This document shows, in pieces, positions 42,797-53,410 of a stretch of 64,000 bases of DNA (position 1 is the first letter of the stretch; the number at the start of each line of letters is the position of its first letter). The notes below the pieces were generated by a model that ran no database searches, had not been told where the DNA came from, and was given only the letters and a program-made list of their open reading frames with translations. A program made the translations under genes and the position numbers. Source of the stretch: Escherichia phage vB_EcoM_G2469; the sequence record MK327934.1, one strand, 5' to 3'.

Positions 42797-43284
42797 GTTT
42801 TAATAATCTCAATGATTTCATCTCGGGATAATCCATTGATAAGAACTGTTTTAGGCCCGTCAGTTTGGATTTTGTACGATTCAAACAATACACACAACTC
42901 TTCTGCTGTATGATACGGACTTGAAATTCCGAGGCGGTTGAATTTGTCAGTAAGAGGGTCGCAAATAATGTAGAATTTTATACCTGCGATATGTACGTTT
43001 GGTTGACTAATATTAATGAACACATTAGCGTCATATTTAGTCAAATTGTTTTGAAGAAATTCTACCATGGCATTAACTGCTTCCGGCATCGCTTCGCGTT
43101 TCTCTTCAGCGTATCGGGTGGAATACTCTTTTTGTTTTACTTTCTTTTTAAGATTTTTGGCCAGTGTAACACGTAGGTCAGTAAGATAACCAACTGGACG
43201 TCCTTTCTTAAAGACCCGGATTCCGTCAGTTGTGTCTCCAAAAGCTGTTACGACCATATCGTTAGTAATCAATTGCATATTCAT
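42784..43284 (-). CDS. alc: probable Alc (blocks transcription of cytosine-containing DNA)
   Basis: 166 aa from internal Met with SD GAGGAG; position between spanins and rnlA as in T4; sequence itself not recalled. Confidence 0.55.
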   Translation of the reverse strand: MNMQLITNDMVVTAFGDTTDGIRVFKKGRPVGYLTDLRVTLAKNLKKKVKQKEYSTRYAEEKREAMPEAVNAMVEFLQNNLTKYDANVFINISQPNVHIAGIKFYIICDPLTDKFNRLGISSPYHTAEELCVLFESYKIQTDGPKTVLINGLSRDEIIEIIKTCLK

Positions 43285-43314
43285 AATTTTCTCCTCGTGT
43301 TGTTGATAAAAGCC

Positions 43315-43344
43315 ATAGTAACACCTTCCTTGGTGTTTGTAAAC
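43315..43344 (-). promoter_or_regulatory. early promoter (GTTTAC-N18-TACTAT) upstream of alc
   Basis: - strand GTTTACAAACACCAAGGAAGGTGTTACTATGG then SD GAGGAG. Confidence 0.5.
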
Positions 43345-43346
43345 CA

Positions 43347-44480
<1,134 letters not shown>

Positions 44481-44498
44481 TCAGTTAGTTTTTTTTAA

Positions 44499-44528
44499 AT
44501 TGTACCACAATCCTTGTGGTATGTAAAC
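44499..44528 (-). promoter_or_regulatory. early promoter (GTTTAC-N18-TACAAT) upstream of rnlA
   Basis: Spacer contains palindrome CCACAAGGATTGTGG. Confidence 0.5.
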
Positions 44529-44938
44529 TACTTTTTCTTATGTTGGATATTCCAAGGCGGGTTGAACTTTTTGATAAAAAGCGGTTCTTCAAGGTCCATT
44601 GTTGCGATGGTCATTGAACCAAGTTCGTTGGTGACTGAAAGGTCAAAACATTGGCGGGCCCAGAATTCAACCTTTTTGCCTTGCATTAAGGCATCCAAAA
44701 TCATAAGTGATTTTCTTGAATCTGAAGTCTGGTCTTTTCGATTTATGGCTGTTCGATAATAGTTAATGCGTTTCTTTAAATTCTTGGTTTTACCAATATA
44801 CACAAGTTCGTCATCTATAGCAATAGCGTATATGACATTTTTCTTATTAGGGACATCGACTGTTTTAATTGTTGCATCTTCTAATAGCTCCAATTCTGTA
44901 TATTTAATAAAGGAATATTCGGCGGCGATATCTTTCAT
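44528..44938 (-). CDS. denA: endonuclease II (GIY-YIG family)
   Basis: 136 aa; near-identical to T4 DenA as recalled (MK.IA.EYSFIKYTELEL...VYIGKTKNL.KRINYYR...). Confidence 0.93.
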   Translation of the reverse strand: MKDIAAEYSFIKYTELELLEDATIKTVDVPNKKNVIYAIAIDDELVYIGKTKNLKKRINYYRTAINRKDQTSDSRKSLMILDALMQGKKVEFWARQCFDLSVTNELGSMTIATMDLEEPLFIKKFNPPWNIQHKKK

Positions 44939-44946
44939 AATAAAGT

Positions 44947-44960
44947 GGGACCGAAGTCCC
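44947..44960 (-). terminator. hairpin GGGAC-UUCG-GUCCC after nrdB (- strand)
   Basis: Between nrdB stop and denA start. Confidence 0.5.
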
Positions 44961-44964
44961 GTCC

Positions 44965-45467
44965 TTAGAAATATTTTTTGTATGAATTGATTACATTTTG
45001 GTCTACATCATTATCAATTTGTGCGACAAGATAAGAACTGATTTCAACTTCTTGTGGGGCTGCTTGAACCAAATCAGAGTTCAAATACTCACGAATCCAT
45101 GGAATAGGATGACGAGTTGATACGTCTTTAAGAGGACATGGCAGACCACAACTACGCATACGAGACACGGTAAGATAATCCACAAATTCACTTAGGATTT
45201 TAACATTTAGACCTGGAAGAGCACCATCTTTAAACAAGTGTTCAGCCCATTCTTTTTCTTGAGCGTTAACTTCCATGAAAATATCAACTGCTTCTTGTTC
45301 ACACTCTTGAGCAATTTTGACCCATTCATCACCGTCTTCGCCATCTTGTAAAGCACGAATAATATATTGAGTGCCCTTGAGGTGGAGCTGTTCATCACGA
45401 GCAATGAACTTCATAATCTTGGCATTACCTTCCATGATTTCCATATTCTTGTGGAAGTTAAAGGTAC
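44965..45467 (-). CDS. nrdB: ribonucleotide reductase small subunit NrdB, exon 2
   Basis: Encodes (C)TFNFHKNMEIMEGNAKIMKFIARDEQLHLKGTQ... matching R2 region after FYVSFAC; exon starts after intron-terminal G. Confidence 0.8.
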
Positions 45468-46558
45468 CGTTATGTTCGATTGAGCTCGCTAATTCTCAAC
45501 CCGTTCTCTTATGAACTGCTACATATTACTATGCAGACCAGACTATATCACAATCCCAGAGGGATTCTCCCCATTTCGAGTCGCTTGACCCTACGTCCGA
45601 AGACTAGTCGTTGAACCTTGCTTTGCAATTGTCGCCGTGCCATCGTTTATATGTTGATGGTGATAAATCTTTCTTATCACAATATGGACAATTCAATTGA
45701 ATTCTATTTGGATTTAATTTACATCTGTCATTATGTTTTAGATAAAATCCAGGACCTTTACCAATGTGACCGCAGAAATCACATGTGATTTCTTTTTGTG
45801 CAGGATGGGTCCCGTTCTTAACCATTTCTAATGTTTTTGCTGATGTTCTTTTCTTATGGTCTTCTGACAAGAAATGATGTGAACCGTCATTTACCCGTTT
45901 TGATTGAGTTTCTGACTGCATTTTACCACCGCAAAATACATGAGTACCTTCTTTTATAGCTGCAATATTGCGTTCTTTAACTTTTGCAATATGCTCAGCT
46001 TGTTGAAAATTATGTATACCTAATGCAACTCTATTTAAATTAGATTTACGCTGTATTTCACCGTCTAAAAGATGAAATGTACCATTTTCTATCTTAGATT
46101 TAATAGAGGCAATATTTTTAGCTCGTACTTCAGGGATATTAAAAATCTGGATTTCTCTAGATTTTGCGGCTTTAGAAGCTAATTCAGAAATTTCTTCAGG
46201 AGAATATTTCATTCTAAGCTTTATAGCATGACAAGCCTGGTAATCTTTTTGAGCTAAATGTATATCATAATGTTCCTGTATAGAAAGGCACATCAAATTA
46301 TCTAAATCATTATTTTCACGGTTACCGTCTTTATGATGGATTTCGTATGTTCTTCCATCAGAATCTTTAGGTATAGGTCCGTTAGCATCTATCCAAATTT
46401 TTCTATAGTTCAATTGTGCATCCTCTTAAAAGTATAATCATATTTATATTATACTAATTAAAGGTGCAAGCAAAACCTTGGCTGCTAGTTTTCCTATAAA
46501 GGACTTTCCAGCAATTAAAGGAGTTTTCGATAAACGTTACCGTTTAAAGGCGCATTTT
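45468..46558 (-). mobile_element. group I self-splicing intron in nrdB carrying a homing endonuclease ORF
   Basis: 1091 nt between inferred splice sites (exon 1 ends ...UUUGCGU, intron ends ...AUAACG); restores the conserved FAC codon and frame; boundaries are inferred. Confidence 0.75.
45604..46413 (-). CDS. intron-encoded HNH homing endonuclease I-TevIII (full length)
   Basis: 269 aa inside nrdB intron; HNH-like EIHHKDGNRENNDLDNL; C-terminal Cys-rich zinc-finger-like region. Confidence 0.85.
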   Translation of the reverse strand: MNYRKIWIDANGPIPKDSDGRTYEIHHKDGNRENNDLDNLMCLSIQEHYDIHLAQKDYQACHAIKLRMKYSPEEISELASKAAKSREIQIFNIPEVRAKNIASIKSKIENGTFHLLDGEIQRKSNLNRVALGIHNFQQAEHIAKVKERNIAAIKEGTHVFCGGKMQSETQSKRVNDGSHHFLSEDHKKRTSAKTLEMVKNGTHPAQKEITCDFCGHIGKGPGFYLKHNDRCKLNPNRIQLNCPYCDKKDLSPSTYKRWHGDNCKARFND

Positions 46559-47234
46559 ACGCAAAAGATACATAAAAACGAATAGCTTCTAAGGCATTAA
46601 TAACGTGCAAACAGAGGTAAAGAGATTTCATTAGCTCACGCTTCCAATATGTCTCATGCTCAATAGCATCTTCAATAACGTCTTCGTCTGCATTAATTTC
46701 TTTTTGGTATTCGATATCAGCTTTAGCGTTTTCCCAATAACGAGCTTTAACCAGAACATCATCATAATATCGTCCGATAGATTCGGCACGCTTCATAATA
46801 GCTTCATCTAATACAATCTCATCAAACACCTTCGATGGATCTGTATAAAGATTTCGCATAATATGAGTATATGAACGAGAGTGAATAGTTTCACTGAAAG
46901 TCCATGTAGCAACCCATGTATCTAATGAAGGGTCTGAAAGCAATGACATAAGTACCGCAGATGGTGCTCTACCTTGGATAGAATCTAATAATGATTGATA
47001 CTTAAGGTTGTTGGTAAAGATGTCCTGTTGGAACTGTGGAAGCTTATTAAACTGGGCCGAATCCAACATCAAGTTTACTTCCTCGGGACGCCAAAAGAAC
47101 GAGAGCTGCTTTTCGATAAGCTCTTCAAAAACTTTATGACGCTGAATATCATACCGTGCGAGGCCAAGACCAGAACCAAAGAACATCGGTTCATTCAAAA
47201 CATCGACTTGTTGTGTGTTAAAAACTGTACTCAT
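46559..47234 (-). CDS. nrdB: ribonucleotide reductase small subunit NrdB, exon 1
   Basis: From MSTVFNTQ... to ...ALEAIRFYVSFA; diiron/tyrosyl radical R2 motifs; in-frame stop lies in the intron. Confidence 0.85.
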
Positions 47235-47288
47235 TATATTTCTCACTTAGTTATTAACTCATCCATGAGTAAATTATAATAAAAAGTC

Positions 47289-49544
47289 TTAAAGCTTACA
47301 AGCAGAACAATCTTCTGCTTTAGGTGTTTCTAATTCATAGTCGTCTGTACCAGACCCATCACGAGTGTTATGATAGTAGAGGTTTTTTCCGCCAAAGTAC
47401 CAGAAGTAAAGCAGATCGTCAAGCATTACTGACATTGGCACTTTACCTTTCTCAAATACTGCAGGGTCATAGTAAGTATTAGCAGAAGCAGATTGGCACA
47501 CCCATTTCAACATGATAGCAACTTGGGTCAAATAAGGTTTATTACCTTTCTTAGCAAGTTTCCACGCGTAGTCGTAAAGACTCATGTTATGTTCGATATT
47601 AGGAACAACCTGTCGGAAGTTGCCTTCTTTAGATTCTTTAATACTTACTGGACCACGTGGGGGCTCAATCCCGTTTGTAGAGTTCGATACTTGACTGCTT
47701 GACTCACAAGGCATGAGTGCAGACAACGTTGAGTTACGAATTCCATGTTCTTTGAGTTCAGCTCGAAGTTCTTCCCAGTCACAGACGTAGTTCGGGGCTG
47801 CGATTTGGTCAATCTTTTTATTGTACCAGTCGATAGGTAATTCGCCTCTAGACCATTTAGTGTCTGAATAATACTCACAACATCCTTTTTCTTTGGCGAG
47901 TTTGATTGATGCTTTGATAAGGCCATATTGCAATCTCTCAAACAATTCATGAGTCAAATCGTTAGCATCTTCATATGACGCAAAGTTAGAAGCTAACCAT
48001 GCAGCATAGTTCGTAACACCAACACCAAGATTACGACGCTTTTTAGCTTTTAAAGCTTCTGGAACCGGATAATCTTGATAGTCTAACAAGTTATCAAGTG
48101 CACGTACTTGTACTTCAGCAAGTTCATTAATTTTATCTTGGTCTTGCCAATCAAATTTATCTAATACAAAAGCAGATAATGTGCATAAACCAATTTCAGC
48201 ATCAGGCCCATTCACATCATTAGTTGGAATAGCGATTTCACAACATAAGTTACTCTGACGAATTGGAGCTTTTTCACGAATAAACGGAGTGTAGTTATTC
48301 GTGTTATCAACAAACTGTGGATAAATTCGAGCAGTACCAGAGCGTTCAGTCATGAACAATTCAAAGAGTTCTAGTGCTTTGATTCTTTTCTTTCTGATTG
48401 TTGGGTCTTTTTCAGCTTTCTCATAAAGCTCACGGAATTTATCTTGATCTTCAAAGAACGAGTAGTATAGTTCGCCTGACATTTCGTGAGGGCTAAATAA
48501 AGTAATATAATCATTTTTACCAAGGCGTTCCATCATAAGGTCATTAATCTGAATTCCGTAGTCCATATGTCGAATACGGTTTTCATCCACGCCTTTGTTA
48601 TTTTTCAGAACTAATAGGTTCTCTACTTCTAAGTGCCACATCGGATAATACGCTGTAGCAGCACCACCACGAATACCACCTTGAGAACAAGATTTTACTG
48701 CAGTTTGGAAATGTTTCCAGAATGGAATAACACCCGTATGTCGAACTTCACCCATACCGATCTTAGAACCTTCTGCACGAAGCATACCAACGTTGATACC
48801 GATACCAGCTCGTTTAGAAATATATTCAATAATTGATGCTGAAGTTTTGTTAATAGATTTTAACGAATCACCGGCTTCAATAACTACACAACTAGAGAAC
48901 TGGCGAGTCGGAGTACGAGCACCTGCCATAATTGGGGTTGGCAATGAAACTTGATGAGTAGAAACGGCATCATAAAAACGAATAATATGTTTCAAACGGT
49001 CATGAGTTTCGTCTTGATGTAAGGCCATACCAATAGCCATGATAGCAAACTGTGGAGTTTCATAAATCTTCCCAGTTGTTTTATCTTTAACTAGATATTT
49101 TTCTTTAAGCTGCATAGCACCAGCATAAGTCAGGTCAAAGTCTCGTTCATGTTTAATCTGTGAATCGAGATAAATGATTTCTTCTGCTGAATATTGAGAC
49201 AACAGCTCAGGGTCATATTTGCCTTCATTAACACAATAAGAAATATGGTCGATAAAAGCAGGCGGTTCAAACTGCCCATATACATCTTTACGAAGTGCAA
49301 ACATTAGCCCTTTGGCGGCGACATACTGATAATCAGGTTCTTCGACAGAAATCGAGTTAGCTGCAACTTTAATACAAATCTTCTGGATATCTTTGGTGCT
49401 CATCCCGTCGACAAGATGGGTCTTAATTTCTTCGTACAATTCATATGGATCAATTTGTGTTCCTTCACATTGCCAAGTTAAGACTTGAATAATTTTCTGT
49501 GCATCAAAATTTTGGGATACACCACTGCTCTTAGTTACTTGCAT
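47289..49544 (-). CDS. nrdA: ribonucleotide reductase large subunit NrdA
   Basis: 751 aa; T4 NrdA length and similarity; C-terminal radical-transfer tyrosines. Confidence 0.95.
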   Translation of the reverse strand: MQVTKSSGVSQNFDAQKIIQVLTWQCEGTQIDPYELYEEIKTHLVDGMSTKDIQKICIKVAANSISVEEPDYQYVAAKGLMFALRKDVYGQFEPPAFIDHISYCVNEGKYDPELLSQYSAEEIIYLDSQIKHERDFDLTYAGAMQLKEKYLVKDKTTGKIYETPQFAIMAIGMALHQDETHDRLKHIIRFYDAVSTHQVSLPTPIMAGARTPTRQFSSCVVIEAGDSLKSINKTSASIIEYISKRAGIGINVGMLRAEGSKIGMGEVRHTGVIPFWKHFQTAVKSCSQGGIRGGAATAYYPMWHLEVENLLVLKNNKGVDENRIRHMDYGIQINDLMMERLGKNDYITLFSPHEMSGELYYSFFEDQDKFRELYEKAEKDPTIRKKRIKALELFELFMTERSGTARIYPQFVDNTNNYTPFIREKAPIRQSNLCCEIAIPTNDVNGPDAEIGLCTLSAFVLDKFDWQDQDKINELAEVQVRALDNLLDYQDYPVPEALKAKKRRNLGVGVTNYAAWLASNFASYEDANDLTHELFERLQYGLIKASIKLAKEKGCCEYYSDTKWSRGELPIDWYNKKIDQIAAPNYVCDWEELRAELKEHGIRNSTLSALMPCESSSQVSNSTNGIEPPRGPVSIKESKEGNFRQVVPNIEHNMSLYDYAWKLAKKGNKPYLTQVAIMLKWVCQSASANTYYDPAVFEKGKVPMSVMLDDLLYFWYFGGKNLYYHNTRDGSGTDDYELETPKAEDCSACKL

Positions 49545-49631
49545 ATATTCCTCAGTATAGGTTGATAGACATTACTCCAAACGGGATAGTATTTATCCCG
49601 TTAATTTATTATACACTTTTAAACTGAAGCG

Positions 49632-49886
49632 TTAATTATCCTCAGCAATAATTTCTTCGTATTCTTTAGGTGTCAAGACCGTGATATCGAAATAAACCAA
49701 TGGTTCTTTTTCCATACCGTAACCACCACAAAATTCACGATATTCATAAATTCGTTCATGTGAATAACAAATGAATCGTTCACCTTTAACTGTGATTTCA
49801 CTATTCGGTGAAGGGATATCCAGTTCGGTAGGATTTTTCATTTCAAAAATTGTGGTGCCATATGAATTAATAAAACGTAAAATCAT
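49632..49886 (-). CDS. hypothetical protein (nrdA.1 position)
   Basis: 84-aa ORF between td and nrdA. Confidence 0.55.
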   Translation of the reverse strand: MILRFINSYGTTIFEMKNPTELDIPSPNSEITVKGERFICYSHERIYEYREFCGGYGMEKEPLVYFDITVLTPKEYEEIIAEDN

Positions 49887-49887
49887 T

Positions 49888-50199
49888 TTATACCGCCATT
49901 TTAGCTTTGATAGCTGGATGTGATTCGTAATTTTTAAGAACGAAATCAGAATGTGTCATTGTTCCAGTAACCCAGTCCATTTGGATTTTTGTAGGCCAAT
50001 TCTCAAAATTACTAGGCCAATTAATTTCAAGAGAACATAACTCTTTAGGTTCACGACGAAGAACTTCTTTGCATTGTTCTACATGATTGCGGTAGATATG
50101 CGTGTTGCCGCCTGAGAACACTAAATCACCTGGGATAAGGTTACACATCTTCGCTACAATATGCGTCAAGGCAGCGTAAGAGGCAATGTTGAACGGTAG
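49888..50199 (-). CDS. td: thymidylate synthase Td, exon 2
   Basis: Encodes LPFNIASYAALTHIVAKMCNLIPGDLVFSGGNTHIY...; exon begins right after intron-terminal AUG. Confidence 0.9.
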   Translation of the reverse strand, partial: LPFNIASYAALTHIVAKMCNLIPGDLVFSGGNTHIYRNHVEQCKEVLRREPKELCSLEINWPSNFENWPTKIQMDWVTGTMTHSDFVLKNYESHPAIKAKMAV

Positions 50200-51215
50200 C
50201 ATTATGTTCAGATAAGGTCGTTAATCTTATCCCGGAATTATATCCAGCTGCATGTCACCATGCAGAGCAGACTATATCTCCAACTTGTTAAAGCAAGTTG
50301 TCTATCGTTTCGAGTCACTTGACCCTACTCCCTAAAGGGATAGTCGTTAGGCATTTATGTAGAACCAATTCCACTTATCAGATTTTACACGGTAAGTAAC
50401 TAATCCTGATGAAATTTCAAAATGTCTAGCCGCATCGGCTGCACATTCAAAAATAATCCCATCGCATGAAATCTTTTTGATGTTAGCTGGCTTTTTGCCT
50501 TTCATCTTTTCAGATAGTTTAGTTTTAGTTTTTTCTGAATGTTTGTGATTAAAGAACGGGTTATTTTCACCTGAACGTTTTCGGCACTTTCCACAAGTAT
50601 CGGCCGAAGATGGTATGCGAACACCGCATTTACAAAACTTGTGGTTTTCTGGATTCCATCGGCCATTTTTACTTCCGTGTTTACCATAAAGAGCTTTCCG
50701 ACCATCAGGACCAAGCTTAAGCATCTTAACTTTAACAGTTTCAGCTCGTTTCTTAGCAATTTCTTCTTTTAATGGATGATTTGAAAGCACATCGCCAAAA
50801 GACGCATCAGCAATATTATATCCATTAATTTTAGAATTTAGCTCTTTAATCCAAAAATTTTCTCGTTCAATAATCAAATCTTTCTCATACGGAATTTCTT
50901 CCAGTACAGAGCATTCAAAAACATTACCATGTTTATTAAAAGACCTTTGAAATTTTATAGAAGAGTGAACACCGTTTTCAAGGTCTTTAAAATGTCTCTT
51001 CCATCTTTTCTCAAAATCTTTAGCACTTCCAACATACACTTTACCGTTTAAAGTGTTTTTAATCTGATAAATTCCGCTTTTCATAAACACCTCTTTTTAT
51101 ATAGAAGTATTTATTAAAGGGTAGTCCTACAATTTAGCACGGGATTGTCTACTAGAGAGGTCCCCCGTTTAGATAGATTACAAGTATAAGTCACCTTATA
51201 CCTAGGCCTAAATTA
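50200..51215 (-). mobile_element. group I self-splicing intron in td carrying I-TevI
   Basis: 1016 nt, same length as T4 td intron; 5' end UAAUUAGGCCUAGGUAUAAGGUGACUUAUACUUGUAAUCUAUCUAAACGGGG... almost identical to T4 td intron as recalled. Confidence 0.9.
50347..51084 (-). CDS. intron-encoded GIY-YIG homing endonuclease I-TevI
   Basis: 245 aa from MKSGIYQIKNTLNGKVYVGSAKDFEKRWKRHFKDLE...; GIY-YIG motif; matches T4 I-TevI. Confidence 0.93.
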   Translation of the reverse strand: MKSGIYQIKNTLNGKVYVGSAKDFEKRWKRHFKDLENGVHSSIKFQRSFNKHGNVFECSVLEEIPYEKDLIIERENFWIKELNSKINGYNIADASFGDVLSNHPLKEEIAKKRAETVKVKMLKLGPDGRKALYGKHGSKNGRWNPENHKFCKCGVRIPSSADTCGKCRKRSGENNPFFNHKHSEKTKTKLSEKMKGKKPANIKKISCDGIIFECAADAARHFEISSGLVTYRVKSDKWNWFYINA

Positions 51216-51764
51216 ACCTAAGAAAACATCTACACTGCGTTGATACCATTGTAAATCAAGATGTCCATTACGCACATTAAATTGATAGAACATATGACAA
51301 GGAGGAAGAGCCATTTGGTCAATTTCGGCTGGGTTCCATGCAGAAACTATTTGACGACGATCATTAGGAAGAGCTTTAATGCGGTCGATAGTTTTGACCA
51401 ATTGGTCTACACCACCAAAATCACGCCATTGCTTACCATAAATAGGACCAAGTTCGCCGCTATGATATCCAAGGTCTTTTGCCTGATTTTCATAGTTGTC
51501 GTCCCAAATAGTTTTACCTTGAATAAGACTACCATGAGTACGAATACGCAAATCATTAACATTGGTAGAACCAGACATGAACCACAGTAACTCGGCAATA
51601 CAAGCTTTCCATGCTAATTTCTTAGTTGTTACTGCAGGAAATCCTTTAGTAAGGTCCCAACGTAATTTAGTTCCGAACAGGGCAATAGTGCCGGTACCTG
51701 TACGGTCGTCTGTTTCGTAGCCATTTTCTAAGATATCTTTAATCAGGTATTGGTATTGTTTCAT
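51216..51764 (-). CDS. td: thymidylate synthase Td, exon 1
   Basis: 183 codons MKQYQYLIKDILENGYETDDRTGTGT...PPCHMFYQF...QRSVDVFLG then in-frame UAA in intron. Confidence 0.93.
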
Positions 51765-52348
51765 TTATATACGCTCTCAGTAATTTCGGTGAGTTCATCG
51801 ATTCTGTAGTAATGAGATTCTACCATAGAACGTTGAAGCATAATATCTTGGACGAAATCTTTATCAAGTTGAACATCGGAATTAACACGACATTTCTTAA
51901 TGATTTTAGTCATCACGATTTCATCGGCATAAGGCAGTGCTTGTTTAAGTAGAGCAGGACCGCCGATAACAGATACATTAACATGTTCAGTAGAAAGTTT
52001 AAACGGTACATCAGTTGCAGGGCTAAACAGGTTAATTTCATCACCTGTTACCAAGGTAATAAATTCTGCTTGGGTGATATAGAACCGTGCAAGTTCATCA
52101 GTTTTAGTCCTAGGCAGTTTTCTGGCCATATCAGTGACAACCACATGAGTACGATCTGGGAGTAGACGAGGTAATGATTCAAAAGTCTTAGCACCCATAA
52201 CCATTACAGTGTTTTTAGTGCGAGCAACAAAGTTACTCATATCTTGTTTGATATGCTTCCATGGAAGTCCATCACCTAATCCAAAAGCATATTCCAGTTT
52301 ATCATCAACCGTTTTAGATGGTGCGCATGCGAATACTAATTTAAGCAT
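51761..52348 (-). CDS. frd: dihydrofolate reductase
   Basis: 195 aa from internal Met (MLKLVFA...) with SD AAAGGA; matches T4 Frd pattern; stop overlaps td start. Confidence 0.88.
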   Translation of the reverse strand: MLKLVFACAPSKTVDDKLEYAFGLGDGLPWKHIKQDMSNFVARTKNTVMVMGAKTFESLPRLLPDRTHVVVTDMARKLPRTKTDELARFYITQAEFITLVTGDEINLFSPATDVPFKLSTEHVNVSVIGGPALLKQALPYADEIVMTKIIKKCRVNSDVQLDKDFVQDIMLQRSMVESHYYRIDELTEITESVYK

Positions 52349-52589
52349 TTTTAAGTCCTTTAATAACTTTTTGGATTTGTGATTTAGAAGAAACCAAATC
52401 AGTCTGGATTTGACAACCGTCGGTAGAGTCAAATACTATAACACAAACACGAGGTTTTGTTGTGTATCGCCCAGACAAATCAAATGCGTCGCCAATGAAT
52501 TCGGCCAAATCCGGATGGTCTAAATTAACTGAAGTATAAACTTCATATCCGACATCAGCGCCTTGAGAGTATTCAACAACAACATTCAT
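52341..52589 (-). CDS. hypothetical protein (frd.1 position)
   Basis: 82-aa ORF whose stop overlaps frd start. Confidence 0.55.
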   Translation of the reverse strand: MNVVVEYSQGADVGYEVYTSVNLDHPDLAEFIGDAFDLSGRYTTKPRVCVIVFDSTDGCQIQTDLVSSKSQIQKVIKGLKNA

Positions 52590-52591
52590 AA

Positions 52592-52840
52592 TTATTTCCT
52601 CAGATTTTTCTTAACAACTTTCCAATCAACTTTAAACGATTCAACATCAGAGTGGTGAATCCAGAATCCTGCACTTTCACCATCTTCGTAGAGTGGACAT
52701 CCATCGCATTCTTCGTTCCAACCCATTTCACGTAAAGCTTCTTCAGCTTGTTCAAGGAGTTCAGCGTCTTTACCAACGATGTTGAAGTACCATTTACCTC
52801 TAACTTCTGAATCTTTGATGCTCTGGCGTTGCAATCTCAT
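52592..52840 (-). CDS. hypothetical protein (frd.2 position)
   Basis: 82-aa ORF with promoter-like region containing a palindrome upstream. Confidence 0.55.
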   Translation of the reverse strand: MRLQRQSIKDSEVRGKWYFNIVGKDAELLEQAEEALREMGWNEECDGCPLYEDGESAGFWIHHSDVESFKVDWKVVKKNLRK

Positions 52841-52904
52841 TTTATTCTCCGCTTCACTTTTGATTTGATAGGGCTACTATAACATAGCCCTATCTTGTTA
52901 TAAA

Positions 52905-53297
52905 CTACTTTTTAAAAGTTTTTTGCAAAAGTTTGATGATTTCGTCGACGTTAGTTTCATCTACGATACAATGGATTTTTGTTACACCTAAAGTTATACC
53001 TTCGTTAGTAGGTTGAGGCTTTACTAAATCTACCTCAGTAAAGTATTTGAACTCGTCAGGATAAATCTCAAAATAAGTTTCAATTTCACCACCGGCAGAA
53101 CATACAGTACCATCTTCCATAGTTACACTTACTACGTTTGACGTATCGCTATCATAATCAGGTTCCATTCCGTTTACAACAAAACTAGGCCCGTGGAGTT
53201 CAATCAATTTTAACATCTTAGCGTTATTATGTGGTGCTTCTTGAACAAAGTCGTCTTTAAATAAAGGGTTAATGATATAAGATTTTCCGATTTCCAT
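52905..53297 (-). CDS. hypothetical protein (frd.3 position)
   Basis: 130-aa ORF with early-type promoter upstream. Confidence 0.55.
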   Translation of the reverse strand: MEIGKSYIINPLFKDDFVQEAPHNNAKMLKLIELHGPSFVVNGMEPDYDSDTSNVVSVTMEDGTVCSAGGEIETYFEIYPDEFKYFTEVDLVKPQPTNEGITLGVTKIHCIVDETNVDEIIKLLQKTFKK

Positions 53298-53326
53298 TTT
53301 GATTTCCTCATGTTGTTGATAGGTCT

Positions 53327-53355
53327 ATACTAACACATCCAGGGAAGAAGTAAAC
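53327..53355 (-). promoter_or_regulatory. early promoter (GTTTAC-N17-TAGTAT)
   Basis: Upstream of ORF 52905..53297. Confidence 0.45.
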
Positions 53356-53386
53356 AACTTTTTCGGCAATTTACAGATACTCAAAA

Positions 53387-53404
53387 GGGAGACCGAAGTC
53401 TCCC
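53387..53404 (-). terminator. rho-independent terminator after gene 32 (UUCG loop on - strand)
   Basis: - strand GGGAGAC-UUCG-GUCUCCC followed by UUUUGAG; 7 nt after gp32 stop. Confidence 0.7.
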
Positions 53405-53410
53405 AATTTA

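Noticed and set aside
44965-47246. nrdB appearing as two separate truncated ORFs (possible pseudogene)
   Set aside because: The two parts are joined precisely by removing a 1091-nt insert with group I splice-site features and an HNH endonuclease ORF; interpreted as an intron-interrupted functional gene
49888-51764. td appearing as two separate ORFs with a stop after codon 183
   Set aside because: Classic T4 td group I intron arrangement (1016-nt intron with I-TevI); not a pseudogene
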